DNA of 64,000 nt from Melioribacter roseus (GTDB lineage: Bacteria > Bacteroidota > Ignavibacteria > Ignavibacteriales > Melioribacteraceae): assembly GCA_020722005.1 (NCBI GenBank), contig DYLP01000009.1, positions 12,227 through 76,226 on the forward strand, written 5' to 3'. This document shows, piece by piece, positions 40,684 to 50,278 of this stretch. Numbering within the stretch: the first letter of the stretch is position 1; every line of letters starts with the position of its first letter. Made by a program: the position numbers and the translations under genes. The notes below the pieces were generated by a model, which was given only the letters and a program-made list of their open reading frames with translations, was not told where the DNA came from and did not search any database.

Positions 40684-41802
40684 CTATTTCATTTCGTTTA
40701 CGATTTTAATGACTGCATCAAAGGCAGGTTTGGGTTTAAGGTTCCTGTCGAACAAAAGCGGATATGAAGTTCTTCCGAAAATGGGCCAGTTATTAAGCCA
40801 CGAATGTCCGTCGTCAATTCCCCAGAATGTCACACGTGTTATTGAGTCGTTGTATTTTAGAAAAGTTCTGAAAATTTCAGCATATCTATTAGCAAGGACA
40901 GTTTGCATTGAATCCGGTAAACCATCTGGATAAGGATTGTATTTTTTTTGTAGTTCAAAACTCTTTGTTATTTCGGCACCTGTGTAGTTATCGGGCGTAG
41001 GAAGAATATTTATGTCGAGTTCGGTAATCATTATTTTCAAACCAGTTGCAGAGTATTCTTTCAAACTTTCATCGAGTTCGTCCAGACCAGGATAGTCTAG
41101 ACCCCAATGTCCCTGCAGACCAATACCATGAATTTTAATTCCCTTATCGAGCAACTTTTTAATCAATTTAATTATTCCGTCTCTTTTGGCTTTATGCCAC
41201 GTGTTGTAATCGTTATAATAAAGTTCAGCATCCGGATCGGCTTCGTGTGCAAATTCGAATGCTTTTTCGATAAAATCTTCTCCAATAATTTCGAGCCATT
41301 TACTTTTTCGTAAACTGCCGTCTTCGTCTACAGCTTCGTTTACAACATCCCACCCTTTAATTTTTCCTTTGTATCTACCAACGACAGTAGAAATATGTTC
41401 TTTTAATCTTACAAGCAGTTCATCCCTCGTGAGATAATTACCTTTGTCGTCTTTAAAAACCCAATCGGGAGTTTGATGATGCCAGACTAATGTATGTCCT
41501 ACAATAAACATCCCATTCTTTTGACCGAATTCCACAAATTTATCAGGAAGGTCGAAGTTATATTTGTTTGGATCGGGGTGAACACGTTCCCATTTAAGCA
41601 TATTTTCCGGAGTAATTGTATTGAACTGTTTTGCTGCGAGTTCCATAGCTTTCGGTTCTTTACCTGCCGCCTGGAAATCGCTGATTGCGGCTCCGATTAA
41701 GAAATAATCTTTGTACGCATCTTTAAGTGTTTGGGAATTAAGCTCTGCGGGAATTGCAGTTAATAATAAAGAAAATAAAATTGAAGCTGTTAATAATTTC
41801 AT
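40684..41802 (-). CDS. Endo-1,4-beta-xylanase (GH10), secreted
   Basis: Signal peptide; TPENMLKW, GHTLVWH, WDVVNEA (acid/base Glu) and ITELD (nucleophile Glu). Confidence 0.95.
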   Translation of the reverse strand: MKLLTASILFSLLLTAIPAELNSQTLKDAYKDYFLIGAAISDFQAAGKEPKAMELAAKQFNTITPENMLKWERVHPDPNKYNFDLPDKFVEFGQKNGMFIVGHTLVWHHQTPDWVFKDDKGNYLTRDELLVRLKEHISTVVGRYKGKIKGWDVVNEAVDEDGSLRKSKWLEIIGEDFIEKAFEFAHEADPDAELYYNDYNTWHKAKRDGIIKLIKKLLDKGIKIHGIGLQGHWGLDYPGLDELDESLKEYSATGLKIMITELDINILPTPDNYTGAEITKSFELQKKYNPYPDGLPDSMQTVLANRYAEIFRTFLKYNDSITRVTFWGIDDGHSWLNNWPIFGRTSYPLLFDRNLKPKPAFDAVIKIVNEMK

Positions 41803-41947
41803 TAGTCCCCCACATTATTTTTATAAATTTGTTGTCTCAAGATTAAGAAAATTTTTTAAAATATATTCAAAAAAAGGTAATTCAAATACGGTTTCCTCGT
41901 GTGAGCTTTTTTTCCTATTTTTGAAATAATTTAATACGAGAAGTGCA

Positions 41948-42976
41948 TTGACCGATAAAGCTATTAAAAAAATACTCATTATAAAATTACGTGGTATTGG
42001 CGACGTTGTTTTGTCAACTGTGGTACTCGACGATCTATTGAATTTTTTTCCCGAAGCTAAAATCGATTATTTGACTGACAGACCTTCTGCAAACTGGCTG
42101 AAAGGACTTCCGCAGGTTAATGCCGTATTGACTTATCCGAAATCGGGGATACTTAATAAACTTAAATTGATAGCTGAGATACGTAGAAAAAAATATGATA
42201 TCATTTTCGATTTTTATTCTAATCCATCCACAGCTCAAATTACATTTTTAAGTGGTGCTCAATACAGAATTGGATTCCCGTATCGAGGCAGAAAATACGC
42301 TTATAACCTTTACGGTCCGTATGAACGAGGTAAATACCATGCCGCAGAGCTCCATCTCGAAGCGCTTAAATCGGTCGGTATACCCGTAAATAATAATTCC
42401 AGTCTCCATTTTTATTTCAGCAAAGAAGACGAACGATTCGCAGAAGAATTTCTGGAACGGAATAATTTGATAGGTAAAATATTTGCAGGTATATCTCCTA
42501 CCGGCGGATGGCAGTCGAAAAGGTGTCCACCCGAAAAATTAGCCGAACTTGCTAAATCACTGAACAAAAGATATAACATTCCATTGTTGATCTTTTGGGG
42601 TCCGTCGGAATACGAGGATGCAATAAAAATTAAAGAGATAGTTGGAGATAGTGCCTATCTATCACCACCTACAACAATCGAACAAATGGCTGCATTGATG
42701 GGCAAATGCACTTTTATAGTTGCTAATGACAGCGGTCCGATGCATATTTCAACAGCAATCGGAACTCCTGTACTCTCGCTGCATGGACCGACAAACCCTT
42801 TGCATCAGGGACCTTATGGCAGCAAACATGAATATCTTGTGCTAAACGAACTAGAATGCATAATGTGTAATCTACTCGAATGTCCAAAAAATCAGGAATG
42901 CTTTAGAGATATAAGCGAAAAGTTATTCCTTACTAAAATTGAAATCCTCCTCAATAAAAACAGTATACGGATTTAA
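41948..42976 (+). CDS. GT9 ADP-heptose:LPS heptosyltransferase-like
   Basis: LRGIGDVVL, NDSGPMH and LHGPT. Confidence 0.88.
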   Translation: MTDKAIKKILIIKLRGIGDVVLSTVVLDDLLNFFPEAKIDYLTDRPSANWLKGLPQVNAVLTYPKSGILNKLKLIAEIRRKKYDIIFDFYSNPSTAQITFLSGAQYRIGFPYRGRKYAYNLYGPYERGKYHAAELHLEALKSVGIPVNNNSSLHFYFSKEDERFAEEFLERNNLIGKIFAGISPTGGWQSKRCPPEKLAELAKSLNKRYNIPLLIFWGPSEYEDAIKIKEIVGDSAYLSPPTTIEQMAALMGKCTFIVANDSGPMHISTAIGTPVLSLHGPTNPLHQGPYGSKHEYLVLNELECIMCNLLECPKNQECFRDISEKLFLTKIEILLNKNSIRI

Positions 42977-44048
42977 GTTGAAAAAGATAGAGATATTGCT
43001 AAGGAAATTGCTTCTTAAACTATTTTTATTGCTGAGGCAAAAAGAAAGAGTGACAAAAGCACCGCATCTGACCGATAAATCGAGAATAGTTATCATAAGA
43101 TTGAACCGAATTGGAGATGCCCTTACTTCAACGCCTTTTATTAAACTGTTGAAAAAGAATTATAATTGTAATCTTACGCTTGTATGTTCTAAATCAAACC
43201 ATTTTATATTCCGTCAAAAAGGATTGGTAGATAATCTAATTGTCTATGATAAAAAACAAAATAATCTAACCAAAATTATCCGTATGATTTCGGAAATCAA
43301 TCCTGACCTTTTAATTGATTTGCACGACGATGTATCGTTTACGGTTAGTATGATCATTGCATTTTCGTCGTCAAGATGTAAAATGGGTTTTTATAAACAA
43401 AATCATAAACTGTTTAATTTACCGATACCAAGACCTGACTCAAAAGTTCACCATATTGTCGATCGTAATCTTGCTTTTGCAGATGCACTCGGAATTCTTT
43501 ACAAGAAAGACGAAATTAATATTATTTATAAACCAGATTTAAATTCTATTTCTACTGTCGAAAATTTCTTAAAAAAGAATAACCTCATGAATAAATTTCT
43601 TGCAGGTGTTAATATTTCAGCAGGCAGCGAGGCACGATTTTGGGGCGTCGAACGTTACCGGAAATTAATCGATTATTTAAGTAATTACGACACTAATATT
43701 CTACTACTTACAGATAAAAAAGATTTGGGAAAAGCTGAATCGATTTCGAATGGTAAATGGATTATTTTTCATGACGACAGTTTCGATGTATTTGCAGCAA
43801 TGGTCGGTTCTCTCGATTTTTTATTTACTCCCGATACGTCGATAGTGCACATTGCTTCAGCTTTTGAAATTCCTCTTTTCGGTCTTTACGTTAAGTACAA
43901 AACCGAAGACATAATCTGGTATCCTTATAAATCGAAATACGAAATTGTAATAACAGAAAATGCAAATTTAAGTTCTGTCGATTTTGAAACTGTAATAGAC
44001 AAATTAAAACCTTTTTTCGAGAGAATTTACTATGAAAAAAATTCCTGA
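42939..44048 (+). CDS. GT9 glycosyltransferase
   Basis: LNRIGDAL and TPDTSIVHIASA; start uncertain. Confidence 0.85.
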   Translation: MKSSSIKTVYGFKLKKIEILLRKLLLKLFLLLRQKERVTKAPHLTDKSRIVIIRLNRIGDALTSTPFIKLLKKNYNCNLTLVCSKSNHFIFRQKGLVDNLIVYDKKQNNLTKIIRMISEINPDLLIDLHDDVSFTVSMIIAFSSSRCKMGFYKQNHKLFNLPIPRPDSKVHHIVDRNLAFADALGILYKKDEINIIYKPDLNSISTVENFLKKNNLMNKFLAGVNISAGSEARFWGVERYRKLIDYLSNYDTNILLLTDKKDLGKAESISNGKWIIFHDDSFDVFAAMVGSLDFLFTPDTSIVHIASAFEIPLFGLYVKYKTEDIIWYPYKSKYEIVITENANLSSVDFETVIDKLKPFFERIYYEKNS

Positions 44049-45153
44049 TTGCAAAAACTTTACCGGATATAAACCGTGTTTCCCCTATCACAATTGTCTC
44101 GAAGACGGATGTAAAGAGGAACGGAAATTTGGGAAAAAAATATTGATAATAAATCTCGACGCAATGGGCGATGTTTTAATGACAACAGCGCAACTACCAG
44201 CTATTAAAAGAAAATATCCTATTTCAACAATCTACTGGATTACGCTGAAAAACGCCGTAAGAATACTCGACAACAATCCTTATATCGACCGTGTTTTCCC
44301 GTTCGACTTTGAAAGCATTCTGATTCTCAACGAAATGGAATTCGACGTAATAATGAACGCAGATAAGTCGATGCGGTCGGGCGCACTTGCAATGCAACTT
44401 AAAGCAAAAGAAAAACTGGGATTCGGCATAAATGGAAACGGACAAATCATTCCTTTAAACAAAGGTGCAGAATATAATTATATGCTCGGTCTCGACGACA
44501 ATCTTAAATTCAAAATTAATCAAAGAACCGGACAGGAATATCTGGCTGAAACTTTCGAACTCGACTATCAGCGCGATGAATATGTCTTTAATTTTAACGA
44601 CGAAGAACTACAGTTCATAGAAAATTATAAATATCAAATCGGCATTAAACCAGACGATGAAATCATCGGCTTCAATACCGGCTGCTCACTCCTCTTTCCG
44701 AATAAAAAAATGACAATTGAACAACATATTATTTTGATTGAGAAATTTTTATCGTTTGACAGATTTAAAATTATGCTTCTTGGGGGACCGGAGGATACGG
44801 AAAGGAACCAAACAATCGCTGAGTATTTCAAGGGTAAGATAATAAATACTCTCACTACTGAAGGTTTACGTCGCGGAGCTTGTTACGAAAGCATTCCTCA
44901 AGTTATAATCACCGGCGATTCATTCGGAATGCATCTGGCAATAGCGCTTAAGAAATATGTTATAGCTTGGTTCGGATTGAGCTGCTGGACTGAAATCGAT
45001 CTTTACGACAGAGGTGTAAAGCTTTATCCGGAAGGACTTTTTTGCGCTCCCTGCTGGAAAAAAGAATGTCCCTATAATCTCGAATGTATTCAAATGATTG
45101 ACCTTGAAAGAATTGTAAAAGAAACGGTAGCATACTTCGACGGGAAAAAATGA
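44032..45153 (+). CDS. GT9 glycosyltransferase with Cys-rich termini
   Basis: LDAMGDVL, GDSFGMHLA and C-terminal CAPCWKKEC. Confidence 0.85.
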   Translation: MKKIPDCKNFTGYKPCFPYHNCLEDGCKEERKFGKKILIINLDAMGDVLMTTAQLPAIKRKYPISTIYWITLKNAVRILDNNPYIDRVFPFDFESILILNEMEFDVIMNADKSMRSGALAMQLKAKEKLGFGINGNGQIIPLNKGAEYNYMLGLDDNLKFKINQRTGQEYLAETFELDYQRDEYVFNFNDEELQFIENYKYQIGIKPDDEIIGFNTGCSLLFPNKKMTIEQHIILIEKFLSFDRFKIMLLGGPEDTERNQTIAEYFKGKIINTLTTEGLRRGACYESIPQVIITGDSFGMHLAIALKKYVIAWFGLSCWTEIDLYDRGVKLYPEGLFCAPCWKKECPYNLECIQMIDLERIVKETVAYFDGKK

Positions 45154-46034
45154 AACGCCTAGATATTTTCGAATTACGACAAGTAAAAAAAATTTTAATT
45201 CTCGACGGAGCAATGGGAAGTTTATTGCAGCAATACGGAGCGGCAGGCGATAAATATTTATGGTCTGCAATAGCAAATCTGAGGAATCCCGATATCGTTC
45301 AAAAAATTCACAGGGAATATATCGATTCGGGAGCGGATATAATTACAACAAATACTTTCAGGACAAATCCAGCAAGCGTTAAATTATCTGGTCATTCTAT
45401 TTCGGTCGATGAACTTGTAAGGATAAGTGTGAATCTGGCAATTGAAGCAAGAGAAGATAGAAATGTTATTATTGCAGGATCTAATGCACCTGCAGAAGAT
45501 TGTTATCAGAAAGAACGTACTCTGTCGAAGGATGAACTGGAATACAATCACAAAAAACATATCGAATTACTCTGGGAAAGCGGAGCCGATATTATCTGGA
45601 ACGAAACTCATAGCCATCTCGACGAAATTGAAATTATATGTAGTTTCTGTCACAGTCAAAAACTGCCTTATGTAATAAATTTATTTTTTGACGAGAAAAT
45701 GAATTTGCTTAGCGGCGGAAGCCTTTGGGAAGCCGTTAAAATTACAACTTCATTTAATCCGATTGCCGTCGGATTCAATTGTATCAAACCGGAATATTTT
45801 GTAAAAAAAATCAAGACGGATTTATTAGTTAAAGAATGGGGGTTCTACTTGAATTGCGGCAGCGGAGATTATACAGATGAATCTATTTCGTGCGGTATTA
45901 GTCCGGAATATTATATTGATTTAATCAAACCTTTACTTGAGCTGAAGCCGTTATACGCGGGTTCTTGCTGCGGATCAACTCCAGCCCACACAAAAGCAAT
46001 AAAGGATTATATAGATGAAGTATATCGAAATTAA
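45150..46034 (+). CDS. Stand-alone homocysteine S-methyltransferase family protein
   Basis: LDGAMG, GADIITTNTF, GFNC and GSCCGSTP. Confidence 0.85.
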   Translation: MKRLDIFELRQVKKILILDGAMGSLLQQYGAAGDKYLWSAIANLRNPDIVQKIHREYIDSGADIITTNTFRTNPASVKLSGHSISVDELVRISVNLAIEAREDRNVIIAGSNAPAEDCYQKERTLSKDELEYNHKKHIELLWESGADIIWNETHSHLDEIEIICSFCHSQKLPYVINLFFDEKMNLLSGGSLWEAVKITTSFNPIAVGFNCIKPEYFVKKIKTDLLVKEWGFYLNCGSGDYTDESISCGISPEYYIDLIKPLLELKPLYAGSCCGSTPAHTKAIKDYIDEVYRN

Positions 46035-46851
46035 AGCTCCCGCAAAAATAAATGTCGGTCTGAGAATCCTTCATAAAAGGAGCGACGGTTATCACAATTT
46101 GCATACGCTCTTTTATCCCGTTAATGATCTTTATGATGAAATTACTATTGAACGACAGGAAGAATTCGAATTTTATACAGATAACGAAGAACTGAATACA
46201 GCAGATAATCTAATCGTAAAAGCTGTTGAATTGCTCGGCGATTACTCGAAGAAAAAAATCGGAGCTAAAATTAAATTAAAGAAAAAAATACCCATGGGAG
46301 CAGGACTCGGCGGCGGCAGCTCGGATGCAGCGGCTGCTTTGATTTCTCTGAATGAAATGTTTGCGCTCAATCTTAGTTATAATGAACTAATTGAACTTGC
46401 TCTTAGATTGGGTTCGGATGTCCCGTTCTTCATAAAAGCAAAACCAGCCATTGGATATTCGAGAGGCGAAGTTCTGAAGCATGTCGATTTTGAAATTGAT
46501 AAACCGATATTAATAGTTAATCCAGGCATTCATATTCCGACAAAAGAAGCTTTTGGAAATATTGTCCCCGTAGATAAGGAACTTGATTATACAAAAGTTA
46601 TTGTTGAGGGTAAACCGAATTACGAAGCGATGAACAGCCTCGTCAACGATTTCGAAGATTATGCATTCAATCGATATCCTGAAATAAAAGAATTAAAAGA
46701 AAAATTTTATCATTATGGCTCTCTGTTTGCGCAGATGTCCGGAAGCGGTTCGACAGTCTACGGTATATTCGCAAGTGAATACGACGCCAAGAAAGTTATT
46801 CGAGATATTTCTCCAGATTACTTTTATCATTTATGTAATTATCCGGACTGA
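46015..46851 (+). CDS. ispE: 4-diphosphocytidyl-2-C-methyl-D-erythritol kinase
   Basis: PAKINVGL, PMGAGLGGGSSDAA, GSDVPFF and MSGSGS. Confidence 0.95.
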   Translation: MKYIEIKAPAKINVGLRILHKRSDGYHNLHTLFYPVNDLYDEITIERQEEFEFYTDNEELNTADNLIVKAVELLGDYSKKKIGAKIKLKKKIPMGAGLGGGSSDAAAALISLNEMFALNLSYNELIELALRLGSDVPFFIKAKPAIGYSRGEVLKHVDFEIDKPILIVNPGIHIPTKEAFGNIVPVDKELDYTKVIVEGKPNYEAMNSLVNDFEDYAFNRYPEIKELKEKFYHYGSLFAQMSGSGSTVYGIFASEYDAKKVIRDISPDYFYHLCNYPD

Positions 46852-48253
46852 TCTGAAAGATATCATAGGACTTCGGCTGGAAATTAAATTCAAGCGAAAC
46901 TTTAAAGCACGTACCGGGCATATCTCCTGCTAATCTTGAAGGGCTTTCTACGAATATATTTCCACCGAGGCGTTCAATAATTTCTTTTACCAATGCCAGA
47001 CCCAGCCCACTTCCTTCGTGTTCGCTCCTTTTTACATTCGAGGCTCTGTAAAACTGTTTAAATATATTAGGCAGGTCTTCTTTCGGAATTCCAATTCCAT
47101 TATCGCATATTTCGACCCATAACTTATCATTACTTTCATTGAGTAGTATTTCAATGATGCCCTCTTTTTTTACGTACTTGACAGAATTTGCAATCAGATT
47201 GGAGAACGCCAGTTCCAAAAGAATAATGTCCGACTTAATAATTTTCTTCTCTTTCCTTAAATCTTTGATTCTCAAATCGATAGCTTTGGCTTTGATTGTT
47301 TCATTTAGCTTGTCAATTAGACCGGAAAGCAATTCCCAAATATCGATTTCTTCTGTAGAGCGGATATCAAGCAATTTTAAACGGGATAATCGTAAAATAT
47401 TATTAAGCATTTGCAAAGTCTCATCCGTTCTTATTTGAGCCCTTTTGAGTTTATCTCTTATTTCGGAATTAATATCTCCAAGGAAGTTATTCAGTATCAA
47501 ATCAATTATTGATTTGATGGCAGTTACAGGAGTTTTGACTTCGTGAATAATTCCAATGGTGTATTTTTGTTTTGCTTTCTCGGCTTCGTCGAGGCGTTGC
47601 AATGTTTCTCGCAATTGCTGCTCACGCTTGTAGAGTTGTCTTACTATATTATTTGCGAGATAGACGCTTATAAAAATCATTGCAGTAAATGTTATTAAAC
47701 TCAGTATATCATAAGCCATCGTATGGGGTATCCTTACGTCGTATAAACCGCTTATTAAATGTGTCTCGATAACACCGAAATTTTGCATTATCGTTAAAAA
47801 GGACAACGTAAAGCATATAATGCATACTATGATATAAACTACGTATGCAGGAAGTATCAAACTCCCGATAATCATATGAAATATGAAAAATAAATAAAGA
47901 GGCGATTCGATGATTCCTGTATAATAAACAAGTACCAATAATGCAATCAGGTCGAGTATCATTTGAATCAAAGAAAGATGGAGACTATTGAAACTCGATA
48001 TATCACATTTAATGTATGCACGTAGTTTATAAAGGATAATATTGTACGAGAAGATTGAAATTGTAACGATAGATATGGCGATTTTCTGAAGTTTACTAAA
48101 TTGGAAGTTCAGTAAAAATTCACCTGCCGTTAGAAAAAGCAGCAGAGAAATTACGGCAAAATAGCGGAGCTTGATAAACCAAAGATTTCGAATACGAATA
48201 GCTCGCCAGAATTCGCCGTAATTCTTAGCCCATTCTGGTATAAGAGCTTTCAT
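46796..48253 (-). CDS. Membrane-bound sensor histidine kinase
   Basis: Multi-TM N-terminus; HEVKTP H-box, NLIANSVKY, DNGIGI and GSGLGL. Confidence 0.9.
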   Translation of the reverse strand: MKALIPEWAKNYGEFWRAIRIRNLWFIKLRYFAVISLLLFLTAGEFLLNFQFSKLQKIAISIVTISIFSYNIILYKLRAYIKCDISSFNSLHLSLIQMILDLIALLVLVYYTGIIESPLYLFFIFHMIIGSLILPAYVVYIIVCIICFTLSFLTIMQNFGVIETHLISGLYDVRIPHTMAYDILSLITFTAMIFISVYLANNIVRQLYKREQQLRETLQRLDEAEKAKQKYTIGIIHEVKTPVTAIKSIIDLILNNFLGDINSEIRDKLKRAQIRTDETLQMLNNILRLSRLKLLDIRSTEEIDIWELLSGLIDKLNETIKAKAIDLRIKDLRKEKKIIKSDIILLELAFSNLIANSVKYVKKEGIIEILLNESNDKLWVEICDNGIGIPKEDLPNIFKQFYRASNVKRSEHEGSGLGLALVKEIIERLGGNIFVESPSRLAGDMPGTCFKVSLEFNFQPKSYDIFQISPDNYINDKSNLEKYLE

Positions 48254-48323
48254 TTTATGCTAATTTAAAGGTTGCATAAAGTTGTAAGTAAAATATTGAA
48301 TTAAACTGAGAATCAAAAGAAAT

Positions 48324-48353
48324 AAAAAGCCCGTCCGATAAAAAAGGACGGGC
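48324..48353 (-). terminator. Rho-independent terminator of the hydrogenase operon
   Basis: 8-bp stem GCCCGTCC/GGACGGGC followed by TTTTT on the minus strand, 8 nt after the hydA stop. Confidence 0.85.
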
Positions 48354-48361
48354 AAATATAA

Positions 48362-50278
48362 TCAAGCAATATATCTTCCCCGCTTTACATAATGAGTATG
48401 GAGTAGTTTATGCGATAAATGGCTGCACGGTCCTTCCCTCAAAAATTCTTTGTAAATCCTTATAACATTTGGATTTTCGTGCGACTTTCTGATTTCGAGG
48501 GATTCGTCTTCTGCATAGATTGCTTCGGCACGCTTCATACGAATTTCTGGAGTTGTTGGAATGGGCTGACCACCGCCGCCGAGACATCCACCCGGACAAG
48601 CCATAAACTCAATAAAATGGCACTCGGAGAATTTACCTCCTGATTTTATGTCTTCCATTATTTTCTTTGCATTTGCAGTTCCGTGTGCTACGGCTACTTT
48701 TAATGTAGCACCTTTCAGCCAGTTCCAATCGGGAATGAAATGTTTTATTAAATCGGGTACTCTTCCCACTTTATCTCCGATCGGAATTTCCATATACTTT
48801 ATGCCTTCAAATCCGCGTAGAGGAATAATGTTTGCTCTTTCGAAAATGTCTTCGGTTTTGTTTCCTGTTACGAATTCAACCACAGATCTTAAAGCCGCTT
48901 CCATTACTCCGCCTGTAGCGCCGAAAATAAGACCAGCGCCCGAAGCTTCGCCGAATGGTGAATCGAAATCGCTCTTAGGCATTTCAGGTAAATTTATTCC
49001 TGCTTCTTTAATCATTCGAGCCATTTCACGCGTCGTCAAACCGTAGTCGACATCTTTGTACCCGCTTGAATTCATTTCCGGTCGATTGCACTCGAACTTT
49101 TTAGCCGAACATGGCATCAATGCTACCGAAACAATATTTGCCGGGTCGATTCCTGCCTGCTGAGCATAAAATGTTTTAATCAATGCACCAAACATTTGCT
49201 GAGGCGACTTTGCCGAGCTTAAATTATCGAGATATTCCGGATAATAATGTTCGATGAATTTAACCCATCCAGGCGAGCAGGATGTAAATTGCGGGAGTGC
49301 AACTTTTCCCTTTTTTACCAGTGCATTGTAAAGACGGAGAATTAATTCAGTACCTTCTTCGATAATCGTGAGGTCTGCTGCAAAGTTAGTATCGAATACT
49401 TTGTCGAACCCAATTCGCCTAAGAGCAGTATTTAATTCTCTGGTCATAGATGTGCCGGCAGGCAGTCCGAATTCTTCGCCAATTGCTGCACGTGGCGACG
49501 GTGCAGTTTGAATGACGACGTGTTTTGTCGGTTCGTCGATTGCTTCCCATATTGCATCCGACGGGTCGTTTGCTCGCAAAGCACCCGTGGGACATCGATT
49601 AATACATTGTCCGCAATTGATACAAATTACATCTGCAAGGGGCTTTTCAAGGAAAGTGCCTATATGAGTTTTATCGCCTCTACCAATAGCTTCTAAAACA
49701 CCGACTTCCTGTAAATCGATACAAGTACGCACGCATCTTTTACAAAGGATGCATTTACTCATATCCCTTACGACTGAATACGATGAATTGTCAACTTCGA
49801 AACGTGGCTTGTCGATGTGTCCGAAAGTATAACTATCAACACCATATTCCTTTGCTAAGTTTTGCAATTCACAATTTCCATTACGAAAACATGTATAGCA
49901 TTCGCCATAATGTTCGCTGAGTAGTAAATCGATAATATGTCGACGGGCTTTGCGTACCATCGGAGATGAAGTTTTGATTTTTATGGGAGTGGTAATCGGA
50001 AAAGAACAGGACGCCTGTAATGTACGCATACCCTCGACTTCTACAACACATATACGACAAACGCCTGCAATACATAAATCATCATGATGACAAAGTGTTG
50101 GTATCGATATCCCGACTTTTTTGCAGGCTTCTAATATTGTAGTACCTAACGGAACGGAAATTTTCTTTTCGTTGATTTCAACTGAAACCGTACCACCAAT
50201 ACCCGTTATGTCCTCTGGTATTGGCACACTGTGTGGCACTTGACTTACGGGTACTCTGAAATCTCCTTTATTTCCCAT
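48362..50278 (-). CDS. hydA: Group A [FeFe]-hydrogenase catalytic subunit, copy 2 (M3 architecture)
   Basis: 2Fe-2S, His-ligated 4Fe-4S and 2x4Fe-4S domains; H-cluster motifs TSCSPGW, MPCSAKKFE and EFMACPGGCLGGGGQP. Start ATG 50278 follows GGAGG. Confidence 0.93.
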   Translation of the reverse strand: MGNKGDFRVPVSQVPHSVPIPEDITGIGGTVSVEINEKKISVPLGTTILEACKKVGISIPTLCHHDDLCIAGVCRICVVEVEGMRTLQASCSFPITTPIKIKTSSPMVRKARRHIIDLLLSEHYGECYTCFRNGNCELQNLAKEYGVDSYTFGHIDKPRFEVDNSSYSVVRDMSKCILCKRCVRTCIDLQEVGVLEAIGRGDKTHIGTFLEKPLADVICINCGQCINRCPTGALRANDPSDAIWEAIDEPTKHVVIQTAPSPRAAIGEEFGLPAGTSMTRELNTALRRIGFDKVFDTNFAADLTIIEEGTELILRLYNALVKKGKVALPQFTSCSPGWVKFIEHYYPEYLDNLSSAKSPQQMFGALIKTFYAQQAGIDPANIVSVALMPCSAKKFECNRPEMNSSGYKDVDYGLTTREMARMIKEAGINLPEMPKSDFDSPFGEASGAGLIFGATGGVMEAALRSVVEFVTGNKTEDIFERANIIPLRGFEGIKYMEIPIGDKVGRVPDLIKHFIPDWNWLKGATLKVAVAHGTANAKKIMEDIKSGGKFSECHFIEFMACPGGCLGGGGQPIPTTPEIRMKRAEAIYAEDESLEIRKSHENPNVIRIYKEFLREGPCSHLSHKLLHTHYVKRGRYIA

